This document shows, piece after piece, positions 17,285 through 26,902 of a stretch of 64,000 nt of DNA; position 1 is the first letter of the stretch, and every line of letters starts with the position of its first letter. The notes under the pieces are model-generated. The model worked only from the letters and a program-made list of their open reading frames with translations, did no database searches and was not told the origin of the DNA. This DNA is from Nannocystis bainbridge (lineage in GTDB: Bacteria > Myxococcota_A > Polyangia > Nannocystales > Nannocystaceae): positions 2,144,001 through 2,208,000 of the forward strand of contig NZ_JAQNDL010000001.1 in assembly GCF_028368995.1 (NCBI RefSeq), given 5' to 3'. Both the position numbers and the translations under genes were made by a program.

Positions 17285-20023
17285 TCAGAACTCGAGCCGC
17301 ACGCCGAGCGACGGCAAGATCGGCAGGCCGGTCTGCAGCTGGCGCTGCTGCAGGTTGTACGAGTAGACCCACGCCTCGCCGTTCTGGCGGTTGTAGACGT
17401 TGATGATGTCGAGATAGAAGTTCGCCGTCACGCGCTTGAACGTGAAGCGCTTGTCGACGCGCAGGTCGAGCTGGTGGAACGCCGGCAGCCGCCCGTCGCG
17501 GCCGAACCACGGCTCGTAGCCGTCCTGCACGAACGCGCTGTCGAAGTAGGAGACCGACGGGTTGCCGCTGACGAGGCGGAAGCGGCCGCCGATCTGCCAG
17601 CCGCGCGGCAGCTTGTAGACGGCGAGGATGGTGAGGATGTGCGGCTGGTCGAAGCTGAACGGCCGGTAGTCGGCGCCGGGCCGGGCCTGGATCAGGCTCT
17701 TCATCAAGGTGTAGCTGACCCACCCGAACAGCCGCTTGGTCAGCGCCTTGCGGACCAGCAGCTCCATGCCGAAGATCTGGCCGGTGCCCTGGTTGGCGAA
17801 GTTCTCGAGCCGGATGTCGCCCGAGACCGGGTCGCGCATCAGCACGCTCGAGGAGGTCGAGCGGTCGAACACGTACTTGTAGAATCCGGTGACCTCGGCC
17901 TCGATGCCGACGCTGTCGAACACCTGGGCCACGCCGAGGCTGGTGTGGACCGCCCGCTCGATGCCCGAGCGCGGGTTGCCCCACACCGGCGCGAGGCTGA
18001 TGAGGTCGGGGATCTGGCTGTAGAGGCCGACGCCGCCCTTGACCGCCGTGTTCTCGCCGACCTGCCAGTTGAAGCGCACGCGCGGGTCGACCGTGGCCTT
18101 CTTGATCTGCAGCGCGTAGTAGGTCACGCGCGCGCCGGGGTAGATCGTGAACTTCTCGCCGAGGCCGATCGTCGCCGTGGTGTAGATCGCCGGCGTGGCG
18201 TAGTTCTGGCCGATGTCGGCGACGTTGTAGACGCCGGTGTCGCCGGTCCCGGCCCCCGCCGGCACGCCCGGCGCGCGGGCCCCGATCTCGTAGCGACCGG
18301 CCTGCAGCTCGGTGCCGACGCGGATCGCCGCTCGCTTGCTCAGCTGCCGCGACGCCTCGGCGCGCCAGCTGAACTCGTACTTGGGGAAGTTGAAGGTGAA
18401 GAGCCCGCCGAACGCGCCCGACAGCGACTGGTAGTTGATCGACGGCGTGATCAGGAAGTCCCACGGCCCGTCCTGCTTGCGGTAGACGAGGTCGAGCCGG
18501 TGGAACAGGATCGCCGTGCGCGCCTGGTTCTCCGAGCCCGTCATCGTCTCGTTCGGGCCCTGCGCGATCACCCGCAGGCGGTCGTCCGAGCCGAACCACC
18601 GCACCGACAGCTCGCCGCCGCCGACCGGGTAGTCGAACAGGAACTGATAATCATAGTAGCGCGGCGCCTGCGACAGCCCGAGGCCGATGTCTTTCGGCAG
18701 CGCCGCCTTGAGGATCGCGTCGACGTAGCTGCGGCGGAAGCTGGTGACGAAGCTGCCCTTCTTGATCGGGCCCTCGAGCATGATCCCGGCGTCGAACACG
18801 TCGGCGTCGACGTAGCCGTGGTAGCCGTCGCGTCGGCCCTTGCGCGGGTTGACGTTGATGATGCCGCCGATCGCGTCGCCGAACCGGCTGTCGAAGTTGC
18901 CGGGGATGAAGTCGATCTGCGCGAGGATGTCGGAGTTGAAGGTCGACGACAGGGCCCCGAAGTGGAACAGCTGCGGGATCTCGTGGTAGCCGAGGTACGT
19001 CTTCGAGTCGCCGGGCGCGGCGCCGCGGATGATCAGCAGGCCGAGGCCGAACGGCGCCCGCGCGACGCCGGGGAAGTTCTGCAGCGACTTGAGCGCGTCG
19101 CCCTGCGTGCCCGGCAGGTTGAAGATCTCCTCCGGCGTGATGGTGCGACGCGCGACCTCTTCACGGGCGTCGCGGCGCTGCTTCACCACCGTGCGGAACG
19201 GGTTCGACACCAGCCGCCGGGCGAAGTACTTGACCTCGAGCAGGTCGCCCTTGGCCAGCTCCTCGACCACCTCGTAGCGGTCGAAGCCCTGCGCCAGGGC
19301 GATGATGCGGACCTTGCCGTCGGGCACGCCGCGCAGCTCGAACGAGCCGTCGGGGGCGGTCTCGGCGCGCATGGTCCAGGCCGGTTCGGGCTCGTCGCCG
19401 TAGATCTTTTTGGTGACCTGTCCCACCGGCCAGTCCGGCGGCGCGGGCACCACGAGCACGCTCGCGCCCGACACCGGGACGCGCTGGCCGGCCTCGAGCA
19501 GCACGCCGCGCAGCCGCACCGGACCTGTCCCTTGGGACTGCTGGGCGGGTTCGCCCGCGTCGGTCTCGGGCTCGCCGGCGTCGACCTCGGGCTCGCGGTC
19601 CGCGGGCTCCGGCGGCAGCGGCGGCGGGGCGGCGATGTCGATGCCGACCTTGAGCACCACCTCGATCGGCCGGCCCTTGTAGAGCCCGGGCGTGTAGCGC
19701 AGCTGGGCCACGGCGGACTTGGCGAGCGCGTCGAGCTCGGGGTGCACGCTCTGCACGACCTCGAGCTCTTTCGGCACCCCGTCGACGCCGACCACCAGCT
19801 TGACGACGACCTGTCCCTGCGGCGGCGCGGGCAGGCGGCGCAGATCTTCGGGGTACTCGAGCTCGACGCTGTTCTGCAGCGCCGGCTGGACCAGGTCGGC
19901 CGGGTCCTGCGCACGCGCGGAACCGGCGTGCAGCGCCGCGGCCAGGGTCAGCACCGCGCCCAGGCCGTGCAGGCCGGCGGTCCCGATCCGGAGGCTGGCG
20001 AGGCGGCGAGGTCGCGGGCGCAA
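17285..20023 (-). CDS. TonB-dependent receptor with N-terminal TonB C-terminal-like and carboxypeptidase-regulatory-like domains
   Basis: YPE..QGQVVVKLVVGVDG (TonB_C); plug LPGTQGDALKSLQNFPGV..IIRG; C-terminal LGVRLEF. Start uncertain: TTG at 20023 chosen for the GGAG upstream and the signal peptide ending ARA. Confidence 0.85.
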   Translation of the reverse strand: MRPRPRRLASLRIGTAGLHGLGAVLTLAAALHAGSARAQDPADLVQPALQNSVELEYPEDLRRLPAPPQGQVVVKLVVGVDGVPKELEVVQSVHPELDALAKSAVAQLRYTPGLYKGRPIEVVLKVGIDIAAPPPLPPEPADREPEVDAGEPETDAGEPAQQSQGTGPVRLRGVLLEAGQRVPVSGASVLVVPAPPDWPVGQVTKKIYGDEPEPAWTMRAETAPDGSFELRGVPDGKVRIIALAQGFDRYEVVEELAKGDLLEVKYFARRLVSNPFRTVVKQRRDAREEVARRTITPEEIFNLPGTQGDALKSLQNFPGVARAPFGLGLLIIRGAAPGDSKTYLGYHEIPQLFHFGALSSTFNSDILAQIDFIPGNFDSRFGDAIGGIINVNPRKGRRDGYHGYVDADVFDAGIMLEGPIKKGSFVTSFRRSYVDAILKAALPKDIGLGLSQAPRYYDYQFLFDYPVGGGELSVRWFGSDDRLRVIAQGPNETMTGSENQARTAILFHRLDLVYRKQDGPWDFLITPSINYQSLSGAFGGLFTFNFPKYEFSWRAEASRQLSKRAAIRVGTELQAGRYEIGARAPGVPAGAGTGDTGVYNVADIGQNYATPAIYTTATIGLGEKFTIYPGARVTYYALQIKKATVDPRVRFNWQVGENTAVKGGVGLYSQIPDLISLAPVWGNPRSGIERAVHTSLGVAQVFDSVGIEAEVTGFYKYVFDRSTSSSVLMRDPVSGDIRLENFANQGTGQIFGMELLVRKALTKRLFGWVSYTLMKSLIQARPGADYRPFSFDQPHILTILAVYKLPRGWQIGGRFRLVSGNPSVSYFDSAFVQDGYEPWFGRDGRLPAFHQLDLRVDKRFTFKRVTANFYLDIINVYNRQNGEAWVYSYNLQQRQLQTGLPILPSLGVRLEF

Positions 20024-20286
20024 GCGGCAGGAGCATGCTCCAAGCCCGGCGCCCCTGGCTAGTGCCGCCGAAGCCGGCGCGCGCGGTCTGGCCGGCGTGC
20101 GCACGGCCGGGAAGCCCGGGCCCCACCTCCTGCGTAATGTCTCTTCCCGGGGCTTGCCTCGGCGTCCCACCGGACAATCGTTCCCCTGCGGGGTCGAAAG
20201 CCGCGCCGACGCGGCAAGGCCGCTGGCCCCCGGTGGTACACTCGTAACGGCTCCCTGCGGCCCGTTGGCCGCGCAGCTCCGCTCCC

Positions 20287-22530
20287 ATGCGCTCCTTCGG
20301 CTGGCTTCACTTCACGGACCTCCACCAGGGCCTCGACGCCCAGGGCTGGCTGTGGCCGGGCGTCCGCGAGGTCCTGCTGGCCGACCTCGAGAAGCTGCAC
20401 GCCCGCTGCGGCCCGTGGGACCTGGTCCTGTTCAGCGGCGACCTGACCCAGCGGGGCAGCGCCGCCGAGTTCGCGCGCCTCAACCAAACCCTGCAGCAGC
20501 TGTGGGATCACCTCCGCGCCCTCGGCTCGACCCCCGCGCTGGTGACCGTCCCCGGCAACCACGACCTCATCCGCCCCGACCCGCGCCGCCCCGAGTCGCT
20601 GGTGCTCGGCCGCTGGGACACCTATCCCGAAGTTCAGGTCGAGTTCTGGCGCGACGCCAGCTCGCCCTACCGCGCCCTCGTCGACCAGGCGTTCGCGCCG
20701 TACAGCGACTGGCTCAAGAGCCACCCGTTCGCCGGCCTGCAGCTGCAGCGCGGCATGCTGCCCGGCGACTGCTCGGCGGTGCTGGCCAAGGACGGGCTCA
20801 AGCTCGGCGTCGTCGGCCTCAACAGCGCCTTCTTGCAGCTCGGCGATGGCGACTACACCGGCAAGCTCGCGCTCGACGTCCGCCAGCTGCACGCGGCCTG
20901 CGGCGGCGACGGCCCGGCGTGGGTCAAGGAGTGCGACTTCGCGTTGCTGATGACGCACCACCCGCCGACCTGGCTGCAGGCCAAGGCCCGCGACGAGTTG
21001 GTCGCCGAGATCGCCCCGCCCGGGCGGTTCGTCGCTCACGTCTACGGCCACATGCACGAGCACGCGAGCAGCGTGATCGCCATCGGCGGCGCGCAGGGTC
21101 GGCGCGAGCTCCAGGGCAGCTCGCTGTTCGGCCTCGAGGTCTACGGCGGCAAGGTCGATCGCCGCCACGGCTACACCGCCGCGCGCATCACCGTCGACGA
21201 CAACAACGAGGCGACCTTGCGGCTGTGGCCGCGCGTCGCCAAGAAGCACGCCGCCGGTCACTGGCGCGTCGTCCAGGACCTCGACGCCTTCGAGCTCGGC
21301 GACGATCAGGGCACCCGGCCCGAGCCGCTGCCGCCGCCGCGTCGGCGCACGCCCCCGCCTCCGCCCCCGCCCCCGGTCAACCCGGCCAACCTGGTCGCCA
21401 CCGGACCTGTCCTTTCGGCCAGCACGTCCGGATCGCACCCTTCGATCTCGCAGACCGCCCCGATCCCGCTCGGCGTGATCACCTCGCTGTCGGGCGGCGC
21501 GCCCGGCGACTCGGGCATCTTCTACTCGTCGATCGCCGCCCGCGTGCAGCCACCGGGCGCGCCCTACAACATCAACTGGCACGTCCACCGCGCCGAGGAG
21601 GAGCGCACCGCGCTCAACTACCTCGATCAGCCGGGCGCGCCGGTCGTGCTGTGGGGCCCCGACAAGTTCGGCAAGACCTGGATGTCGCAGTTCTTGACCG
21701 ACATGGTCTACCAGGCCGACGGCGGCGCATGCCGGGTCGTCGCCATCAACCTCGACACCTTCGACTACGAGTCGCGCAGCGACTACGGCAACTTCATCCG
21801 CGAGTTCGCGTTCCAGATCGTCGGCTCGATCGGCGGCCCCGAGGACTGGGTCCCGACCTTGTGGAAGTCGCCGGGCAGCGTCAACCAGAAGCTCGGCCGG
21901 CTGATGCGGGACAACGTGCTGCCGCTGGCGAGCACGCGGGTGATCCTCGCGCTCGACCGCGTCGACGCCGTGTGGGGCCTGCCGTTCAAGGACGACTGGT
22001 TCGGCATGCTGCGCGCGTGGGCCGAGGATCCGCGGCTGGAGAAGCTGCGGCTCGTGCTCGGCATCAGCACCACGCCGCGGCGGTTGATCGAGCGGACCAC
22101 GCAGTCGCCGTTCAACCTGAGCCCGCCGATCGTGCTCGGTGACCTCACGCGCGAGCAGGTCGAGAACCTGTCGCAGCTGTACGGGCTCGACTGGACGCCG
22201 CAGGACTTCGGCGCGCTGATGAGCCTCGTCGGCGGGCACCCCTACCTCGTACGCCTGGCCATGCACAGGGCCAACCTCGCCGGCGGGCTGTCGGCGCGCG
22301 AACTGCTGGCCGAGCCGTCGAACCTGTTCGACGACTTCCTCCAGCGCTACGCGCGGCGCCTCCACCTCCACCCCGAGATGATGGCCGGCGTGAAGCGGCT
22401 GCGCAGCGACGCGCTGGCGGAGCTCGACTCCGACGCCTCGGCCGCGCTCGAGAGCAGCGGCATCGCCGTCGAGGAGAAGGTCGGCTTCTACCGCCTGCGC
22501 TATCGGCTGTACGAGCGGCTGCGGCCATGA
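20287..22530 (+). CDS. Calcineurin-like metallophosphoesterase fused to an AAA-like (AAA_35/STAND-type) P-loop domain
   Basis: Phosphoesterase motifs TDLH, SGDL, GNHD, THHP, GHMH; Pro linker; GPDKFGKT Walker A; LALDRVD Walker B; GGHPYL. Confidence 0.85.
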   Translation: MRSFGWLHFTDLHQGLDAQGWLWPGVREVLLADLEKLHARCGPWDLVLFSGDLTQRGSAAEFARLNQTLQQLWDHLRALGSTPALVTVPGNHDLIRPDPRRPESLVLGRWDTYPEVQVEFWRDASSPYRALVDQAFAPYSDWLKSHPFAGLQLQRGMLPGDCSAVLAKDGLKLGVVGLNSAFLQLGDGDYTGKLALDVRQLHAACGGDGPAWVKECDFALLMTHHPPTWLQAKARDELVAEIAPPGRFVAHVYGHMHEHASSVIAIGGAQGRRELQGSSLFGLEVYGGKVDRRHGYTAARITVDDNNEATLRLWPRVAKKHAAGHWRVVQDLDAFELGDDQGTRPEPLPPPRRRTPPPPPPPPVNPANLVATGPVLSASTSGSHPSISQTAPIPLGVITSLSGGAPGDSGIFYSSIAARVQPPGAPYNINWHVHRAEEERTALNYLDQPGAPVVLWGPDKFGKTWMSQFLTDMVYQADGGACRVVAINLDTFDYESRSDYGNFIREFAFQIVGSIGGPEDWVPTLWKSPGSVNQKLGRLMRDNVLPLASTRVILALDRVDAVWGLPFKDDWFGMLRAWAEDPRLEKLRLVLGISTTPRRLIERTTQSPFNLSPPIVLGDLTREQVENLSQLYGLDWTPQDFGALMSLVGGHPYLVRLAMHRANLAGGLSARELLAEPSNLFDDFLQRYARRLHLHPEMMAGVKRLRSDALAELDSDASAALESSGIAVEEKVGFYRLRYRLYERLRP

Positions 22531-25500
22531 CCCCGCCACATCCGAGCTCGGGCGCGGGTCTCCACGGCGCCCAGTTCCAGGTCGGCGGCGCGGTCCAGGC
22601 CGGCGCCTTTTACATCGAGCGCAAGGCCGACCGCGAGCTGCTCAGCGCGCTGATGCGGGGCGAGTTCTGCTACATCCTCGCCCCGCGGCAGATCGGCAAG
22701 ACCAGCCTGCGCGTGCGCGCGGCCAAGCGGCTGCAGGGCGGCGGCGTCCGCTGCGTCAGCATCGACCTCACCAACATCGGCTCGACGCTGGTCTCGATCG
22801 ACGACTGGTACTTCAGCATCGCCCTCGAGATCGCCGAGGCGATGGGCCTGCCGAGCCCCGAGCTGTTCTGGAGCACCCACCAGAACCTCACCCCCGTCCA
22901 CCGCTGGTACCGCTTCCTCCGCAACGAGCTGCTCGACCGCACCGAGGCGCCGATCGTCGTCTTCATCGACGAGGTCGAGTCGGTGCAGGCGCTGCCGTTC
23001 AGCGCCGACGACTTCTTCGCCTCGATCCGCTCGGCCTTCAACCTGCGGGCCGAGGACCTGGCCTACGAGCGCCTCACCTTCTGCCTCCTCGGCGTCGCCG
23101 CCCCCGCCGACCTGATCTCCAACTCGGTCCGCACCCCGTTCAACATCGGCCGCGAGATCCGCCTCGAGGACTTCTCGCGCGGCGAGCTCGACGCCTTCCG
23201 GCCTGGCCTCGAGGGCCTGGGCGGCAGCCCCGACGCCCTGCTCGACGCCGTGTACGCCTGGACATCTGGCCATCCGTACATGTCCCAAAGGCTATGCGAC
23301 GACCTGGTCCGGCGCGGCCCGGTCAGCGACAAGACCGAGGCCGAGCGGGTCGACGACTCGGCCTACACCCTGTTCCTGCGCAACGGCCGGACCGCCGACG
23401 CCAACCTCGCCTACGCCGAGAAGCGGCTCAACGCCAACGCCTCGCGGGAGCGCTCGCGCGACCTGCTCGACCTCTACCGCCGGCTCCTCAGCGGCGAGCC
23501 GGCGCCGGCCGAGCCGAACAACCCGCTGCAGATCGAGCTGCGCCTGACGGGGCTCGCGGCCGAGGCGCGCGGCGAGCAGGGCGACATCCACCTGCAGGTC
23601 CGCAACCTCGTGTTCGCCGAGGTCTACGACCACAAGTGGCTGCGCGAGCGAGAGAAGGAGCAGCGGCTGGCCGAGTTCGTGGCCCGCTGGGAGGGCAAGG
23701 GCCGCCAGGACGACTACCTGCTGCGCGGCACGGCGCTCGAGGACGCGCTGGCGTGGTCGCACGGGCGCAGCGACCTGACCCTCGGCGACCACGAGTTCCT
23801 GCTCGCCGGCCTCAACTTCGCCCGCCGCGAGGCCGAGGCGCGCCACCGGCTCGAGGAGGCCGCGCGCATGCAGGAACAGGCCCGCCTGGCCGCGCTCGAG
23901 GAGCAGCGCAAGGCCGAGCGCGAGCGCTACCGGGCCGACATCGAGCGAGAGCGGCGCGAGCGGGCCGAGGAGGGCGCCGTCTCGCAGCGGCGCACCATCT
24001 CGATCCTCACCGGCACCGTCGCCACCCTCGGCCTCCTGCTGGCCCTCACCGTGTGGCAGTTCGTGGTCGCCGAGCAGAGCAAGGACCAGCTGTCGCGGAT
24101 CTCCGAGCGTCGCAACGAGGACGCCCGGCTCGACCGCCTCGGCGCCGACGCCCTCCTCTACGCCCAGCAGCCCGGCAAGGAGCGCGACGCCCTGCTGACC
24201 GCGATCAAGGCCGCCGCCGACGCGCTCGCCCGCGACGGCGAGGTCCCGCCGCGCGTCATGCAGGGCCTGGCCGCCGCGGTCGCCACCCCGGTCCAGCGGC
24301 CGCTGGTGCTGCGCCACGCCGAGGCCGTGCACGGGGCCCACTTCTCGCACGACGGCACCCGCGTGCTCACGGCCAGCAAGGACGGCACCGCCCACCTGTG
24401 GGACGCCGTCTCGGGCAAGACGATCCGCGTGCTCGAGCACGCCGCGCCTGTCCTTTCAGCCAGCTTCTCGCGCGACGACACCCGCATCTTCAGCGTCGGC
24501 GCCGACAAGAGCGCGCGGCTGTGGAACGCCGCCACCGGCGACAACCTCGAGGAGTACAAGAACGTCGCCGTCCCGCCGCAGCGGATGATCGCCGGCCTGG
24601 CCGACAACGGCTACAGCGTCTACTTCCTCGGCGTCGACCGCGGCGCCCACCTGGTCGACATCCGCGGCAACAAGGCGCGCGACCTGCCGCGCACCCTCAG
24701 CGGCAACGTCACCGCGATCGCCCTGGCCGACGGCGAGCCGCTGGCGGCCACCGGCGGCAGCGACGGCGTCGTGCGCCTGTGGGACCTCGACACCGGCGAG
24801 CTCCAGATCGAGCTGAAGCGGCACAAGGGCAACGTCGCCGCGGTGCTGCTGTCGCCGCTCGGCGGCCGGCTCGTCAGCGTCGGCGAGGACGGCGACGCCC
24901 GCGTGTGGACCACCGCCGGCGCCGCGGTCGCGACCCTCCAGCACGGCGATCCTGTCCTCGGGGCCAGCTTCTCCGCCAGCGGCGACCGCTTGCTGACGTG
25001 GAGCCTGGCGCGGGCGGTCGTGTGGTCGAGCGCCGGCAAGCAGCTGGCCAGCCTCACCGACCCGCGCGAGCTGCTCAAGCAGGCCGCCTTCTCGCCCGAC
25101 GACCGCCGCGTCGCCACCGTCGGCGCCGGCACCGGCGGCGGCGCGGGCACGGCGGTCAAGCTGTGGGACCCGGTCAAGGGCGAGGTCGCGGCCACCCTCA
25201 CCGGTCACACGGGACAGGTCCTTTCGGTCAGGTTCTCGCTCGACGCCTCGCGCGTGCTGACGACCAGCGAGGACAACACCGCCCGGCTGTGGAACAGCGC
25301 CGGCGGCCAGCCGCTGGCCACCCTCGAGGGTCACACGGCGCCCGTGCTGGCCGCCGAGTTCTCGCCCGACGGCGCCCGGATCCTCACCGTCGGCGGCGAC
25401 AACACCGCGCGGATCTGGGACGGCTCGCTCAACAACGCCGTGCCGACCCTCAAGGGCCACGGCGCCTCGGTGCGGCTGGCCCGCTTCTCGCCCGACGGCA

Positions 25501-26561
25501 GCCGGATCGTCACCACCAGCGACGACAAGACCGCGCGTCTGTGGGACGTCGTCAGCACCCGCAACATCCGCACCCTCGAGGGCCACGGCGGCCCCGTCGT
25601 CGCCGCCGTGTTCGCCGGCGACGGCTCCGGCCGGCTGCTCACCTGGGCCGAGGAGGACTCCAACCTGCGCCTGTGGGACGCCAGCAACGGCGACGAAGTC
25701 GCCGTGCTCGGCCACGCCGGACATGTCCTCGGGGCCAGCTTCTCCCGCGACGGCGCGCGCATCGTCTCGGCCGGCGCCGACGACACCCTGCGCCAGTGGG
25801 ACGCCACCACCGGCGCGGTCGTCGGCGAGCCGTGGCAGGGCACCCGCGGCCAGCAGACCGTCGCCGGCTTCGCCCCCGGCGGCCGCTACGTCGTGCTCGC
25901 CAGCCGCGACAGCAACACCGCCCAGCTGATCGACGTCGAGGCCCAGCGCTTCATCACCGACCTCGTCGGTCACAGCGCCCCGGTCGAGGGCGCCGTGTTC
26001 TCGCCCGACGGCGAGACCGTCGTCACCCTCAGCGCCGACCACACCGCCAAGCTGTGGGTCGCCCGTTACGGCAGCGAGATCGCCACCCTCGACCCTGCCG
26101 CCGGCGCCATCGCCTCGGCCGCGTTCTCGCGCGACGGCGGCCGGCTCGTCCTCGCCACCGCGCGCGACGCCTGGGTGTGGTCGCTCACCGGCCCCGACGA
26201 CCGCCCGCAGGTGCTCGCCACCCTGCTCGGCCACTCCGCCTCGCTGCTCCACGCCACCTTCTCCGTCAACGGTGGGCGCATCGTCACCGCCTCGTCCGAC
26301 AACACCGCCAAGCTGTGGGTCGCCCCCGTCGACTCCTCCAACTACGACTTACTGGCGACGCTGCACGGCCACGCCGCCGCCGTCAACTACGCCGAGTTCT
26401 CGCCCGACGGCCGCAACATCGTCACCGCCGGCCGCGACGGCCGCATCAAGCTGTTCCCGACCTCGGTCGAGGACCTGCTGCGCAAGGCCTGCGACGAGCT
26501 CCGCCCGCACCGCGACGACTACGAGCAGGTCGAGGCCGACTGCCGCCTCGCCGGCGGCTGA
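22527..26561 (+). CDS. AAA-like (AAA_35/STAND-type) NTPase with coiled coil, TM helix and many WD40 repeats
   Basis: YIERKAD..APRQIGKTS, IVVFIDEVE, SGHPY; YLLRG.AL..A..W; TM ILTGTVATLGLLLALTVWQF; repeated GH...V..A.FSPDG.RI.T.S.D.TARLW; ATGA overlap with the upstream gene. Confidence 0.9.
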   Translation: MTPPHPSSGAGLHGAQFQVGGAVQAGAFYIERKADRELLSALMRGEFCYILAPRQIGKTSLRVRAAKRLQGGGVRCVSIDLTNIGSTLVSIDDWYFSIALEIAEAMGLPSPELFWSTHQNLTPVHRWYRFLRNELLDRTEAPIVVFIDEVESVQALPFSADDFFASIRSAFNLRAEDLAYERLTFCLLGVAAPADLISNSVRTPFNIGREIRLEDFSRGELDAFRPGLEGLGGSPDALLDAVYAWTSGHPYMSQRLCDDLVRRGPVSDKTEAERVDDSAYTLFLRNGRTADANLAYAEKRLNANASRERSRDLLDLYRRLLSGEPAPAEPNNPLQIELRLTGLAAEARGEQGDIHLQVRNLVFAEVYDHKWLREREKEQRLAEFVARWEGKGRQDDYLLRGTALEDALAWSHGRSDLTLGDHEFLLAGLNFARREAEARHRLEEAARMQEQARLAALEEQRKAERERYRADIERERRERAEEGAVSQRRTISILTGTVATLGLLLALTVWQFVVAEQSKDQLSRISERRNEDARLDRLGADALLYAQQPGKERDALLTAIKAAADALARDGEVPPRVMQGLAAAVATPVQRPLVLRHAEAVHGAHFSHDGTRVLTASKDGTAHLWDAVSGKTIRVLEHAAPVLSASFSRDDTRIFSVGADKSARLWNAATGDNLEEYKNVAVPPQRMIAGLADNGYSVYFLGVDRGAHLVDIRGNKARDLPRTLSGNVTAIALADGEPLAATGGSDGVVRLWDLDTGELQIELKRHKGNVAAVLLSPLGGRLVSVGEDGDARVWTTAGAAVATLQHGDPVLGASFSASGDRLLTWSLARAVVWSSAGKQLASLTDPRELLKQAAFSPDDRRVATVGAGTGGGAGTAVKLWDPVKGEVAATLTGHTGQVLSVRFSLDASRVLTTSEDNTARLWNSAGGQPLATLEGHTAPVLAAEFSPDGARILTVGGDNTARIWDGSLNNAVPTLKGHGASVRLARFSPDGSRIVTTSDDKTARLWDVVSTRNIRTLEGHGGPVVAAVFAGDGSGRLLTWAEEDSNLRLWDASNGDEVAVLGHAGHVLGASFSRDGARIVSAGADDTLRQWDATTGAVVGEPWQGTRGQQTVAGFAPGGRYVVLASRDSNTAQLIDVEAQRFITDLVGHSAPVEGAVFSPDGETVVTLSADHTAKLWVARYGSEIATLDPAAGAIASAAFSRDGGRLVLATARDAWVWSLTGPDDRPQVLATLLGHSASLLHATFSVNGGRIVTASSDNTAKLWVAPVDSSNYDLLATLHGHAAAVNYAEFSPDGRNIVTAGRDGRIKLFPTSVEDLLRKACDELRPHRDDYEQVEADCRLAGG

Positions 26562-26563
26562 AA

Positions 26564-26632
26564 TCACATGTCCTCGCGGACAGGTCGGTGCCCGCGCGAC
26601 GGCGCGAGTGGCCTGTCCCATCGGCCATGTGC
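26564..26632. repeat. Two 14-bp motif pairs just after the WD40 gene stop
   Basis: TCACATGTCC at 26564 / GGACAGGTCG at 26578; TGGCCTGTCC at 26609 / GGCCATGTGC at 26623. Confidence 0.65.
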
Positions 26633-26902
26633 GCAGCGCCTGGACCCCGCGCCACGCCGCCGACGAGCCCGCGACGATCGTCGCGCGGGACCGACGACAC
26701 CACCAGCGCGCGCTCCTGCGGCCCGCAGCGGAGCGGGCGCTCCACGACATCCTCCCGCGGCTCTGCCTGCGGGTCCGGGCCACCTCGACGGCGCGCCGCG
26801 GCCCGACCTCACCGCGCTGACAGCTCCCCGCGCCGCCTCCGTGAGCGCCGCGCAGGCCGCGGCGGTGGCATCAGCGCGCGTTCTGGGCTATCCCCGGGGC
26901 GC

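Noticed and set aside
16967-20062. Long antisense ORFs (also 12105-14651, 43481-45901, 48704-50632, 61752-63524 and others)
   Set aside because: Typical stop-poor shadow frames of high-GC genes; the opposite strand carries the recognisable motifs.
26630-26880. Possible gene remnant between the WD40 and hydrolase genes
   Set aside because: No start, motif or consistent frame that I can support.
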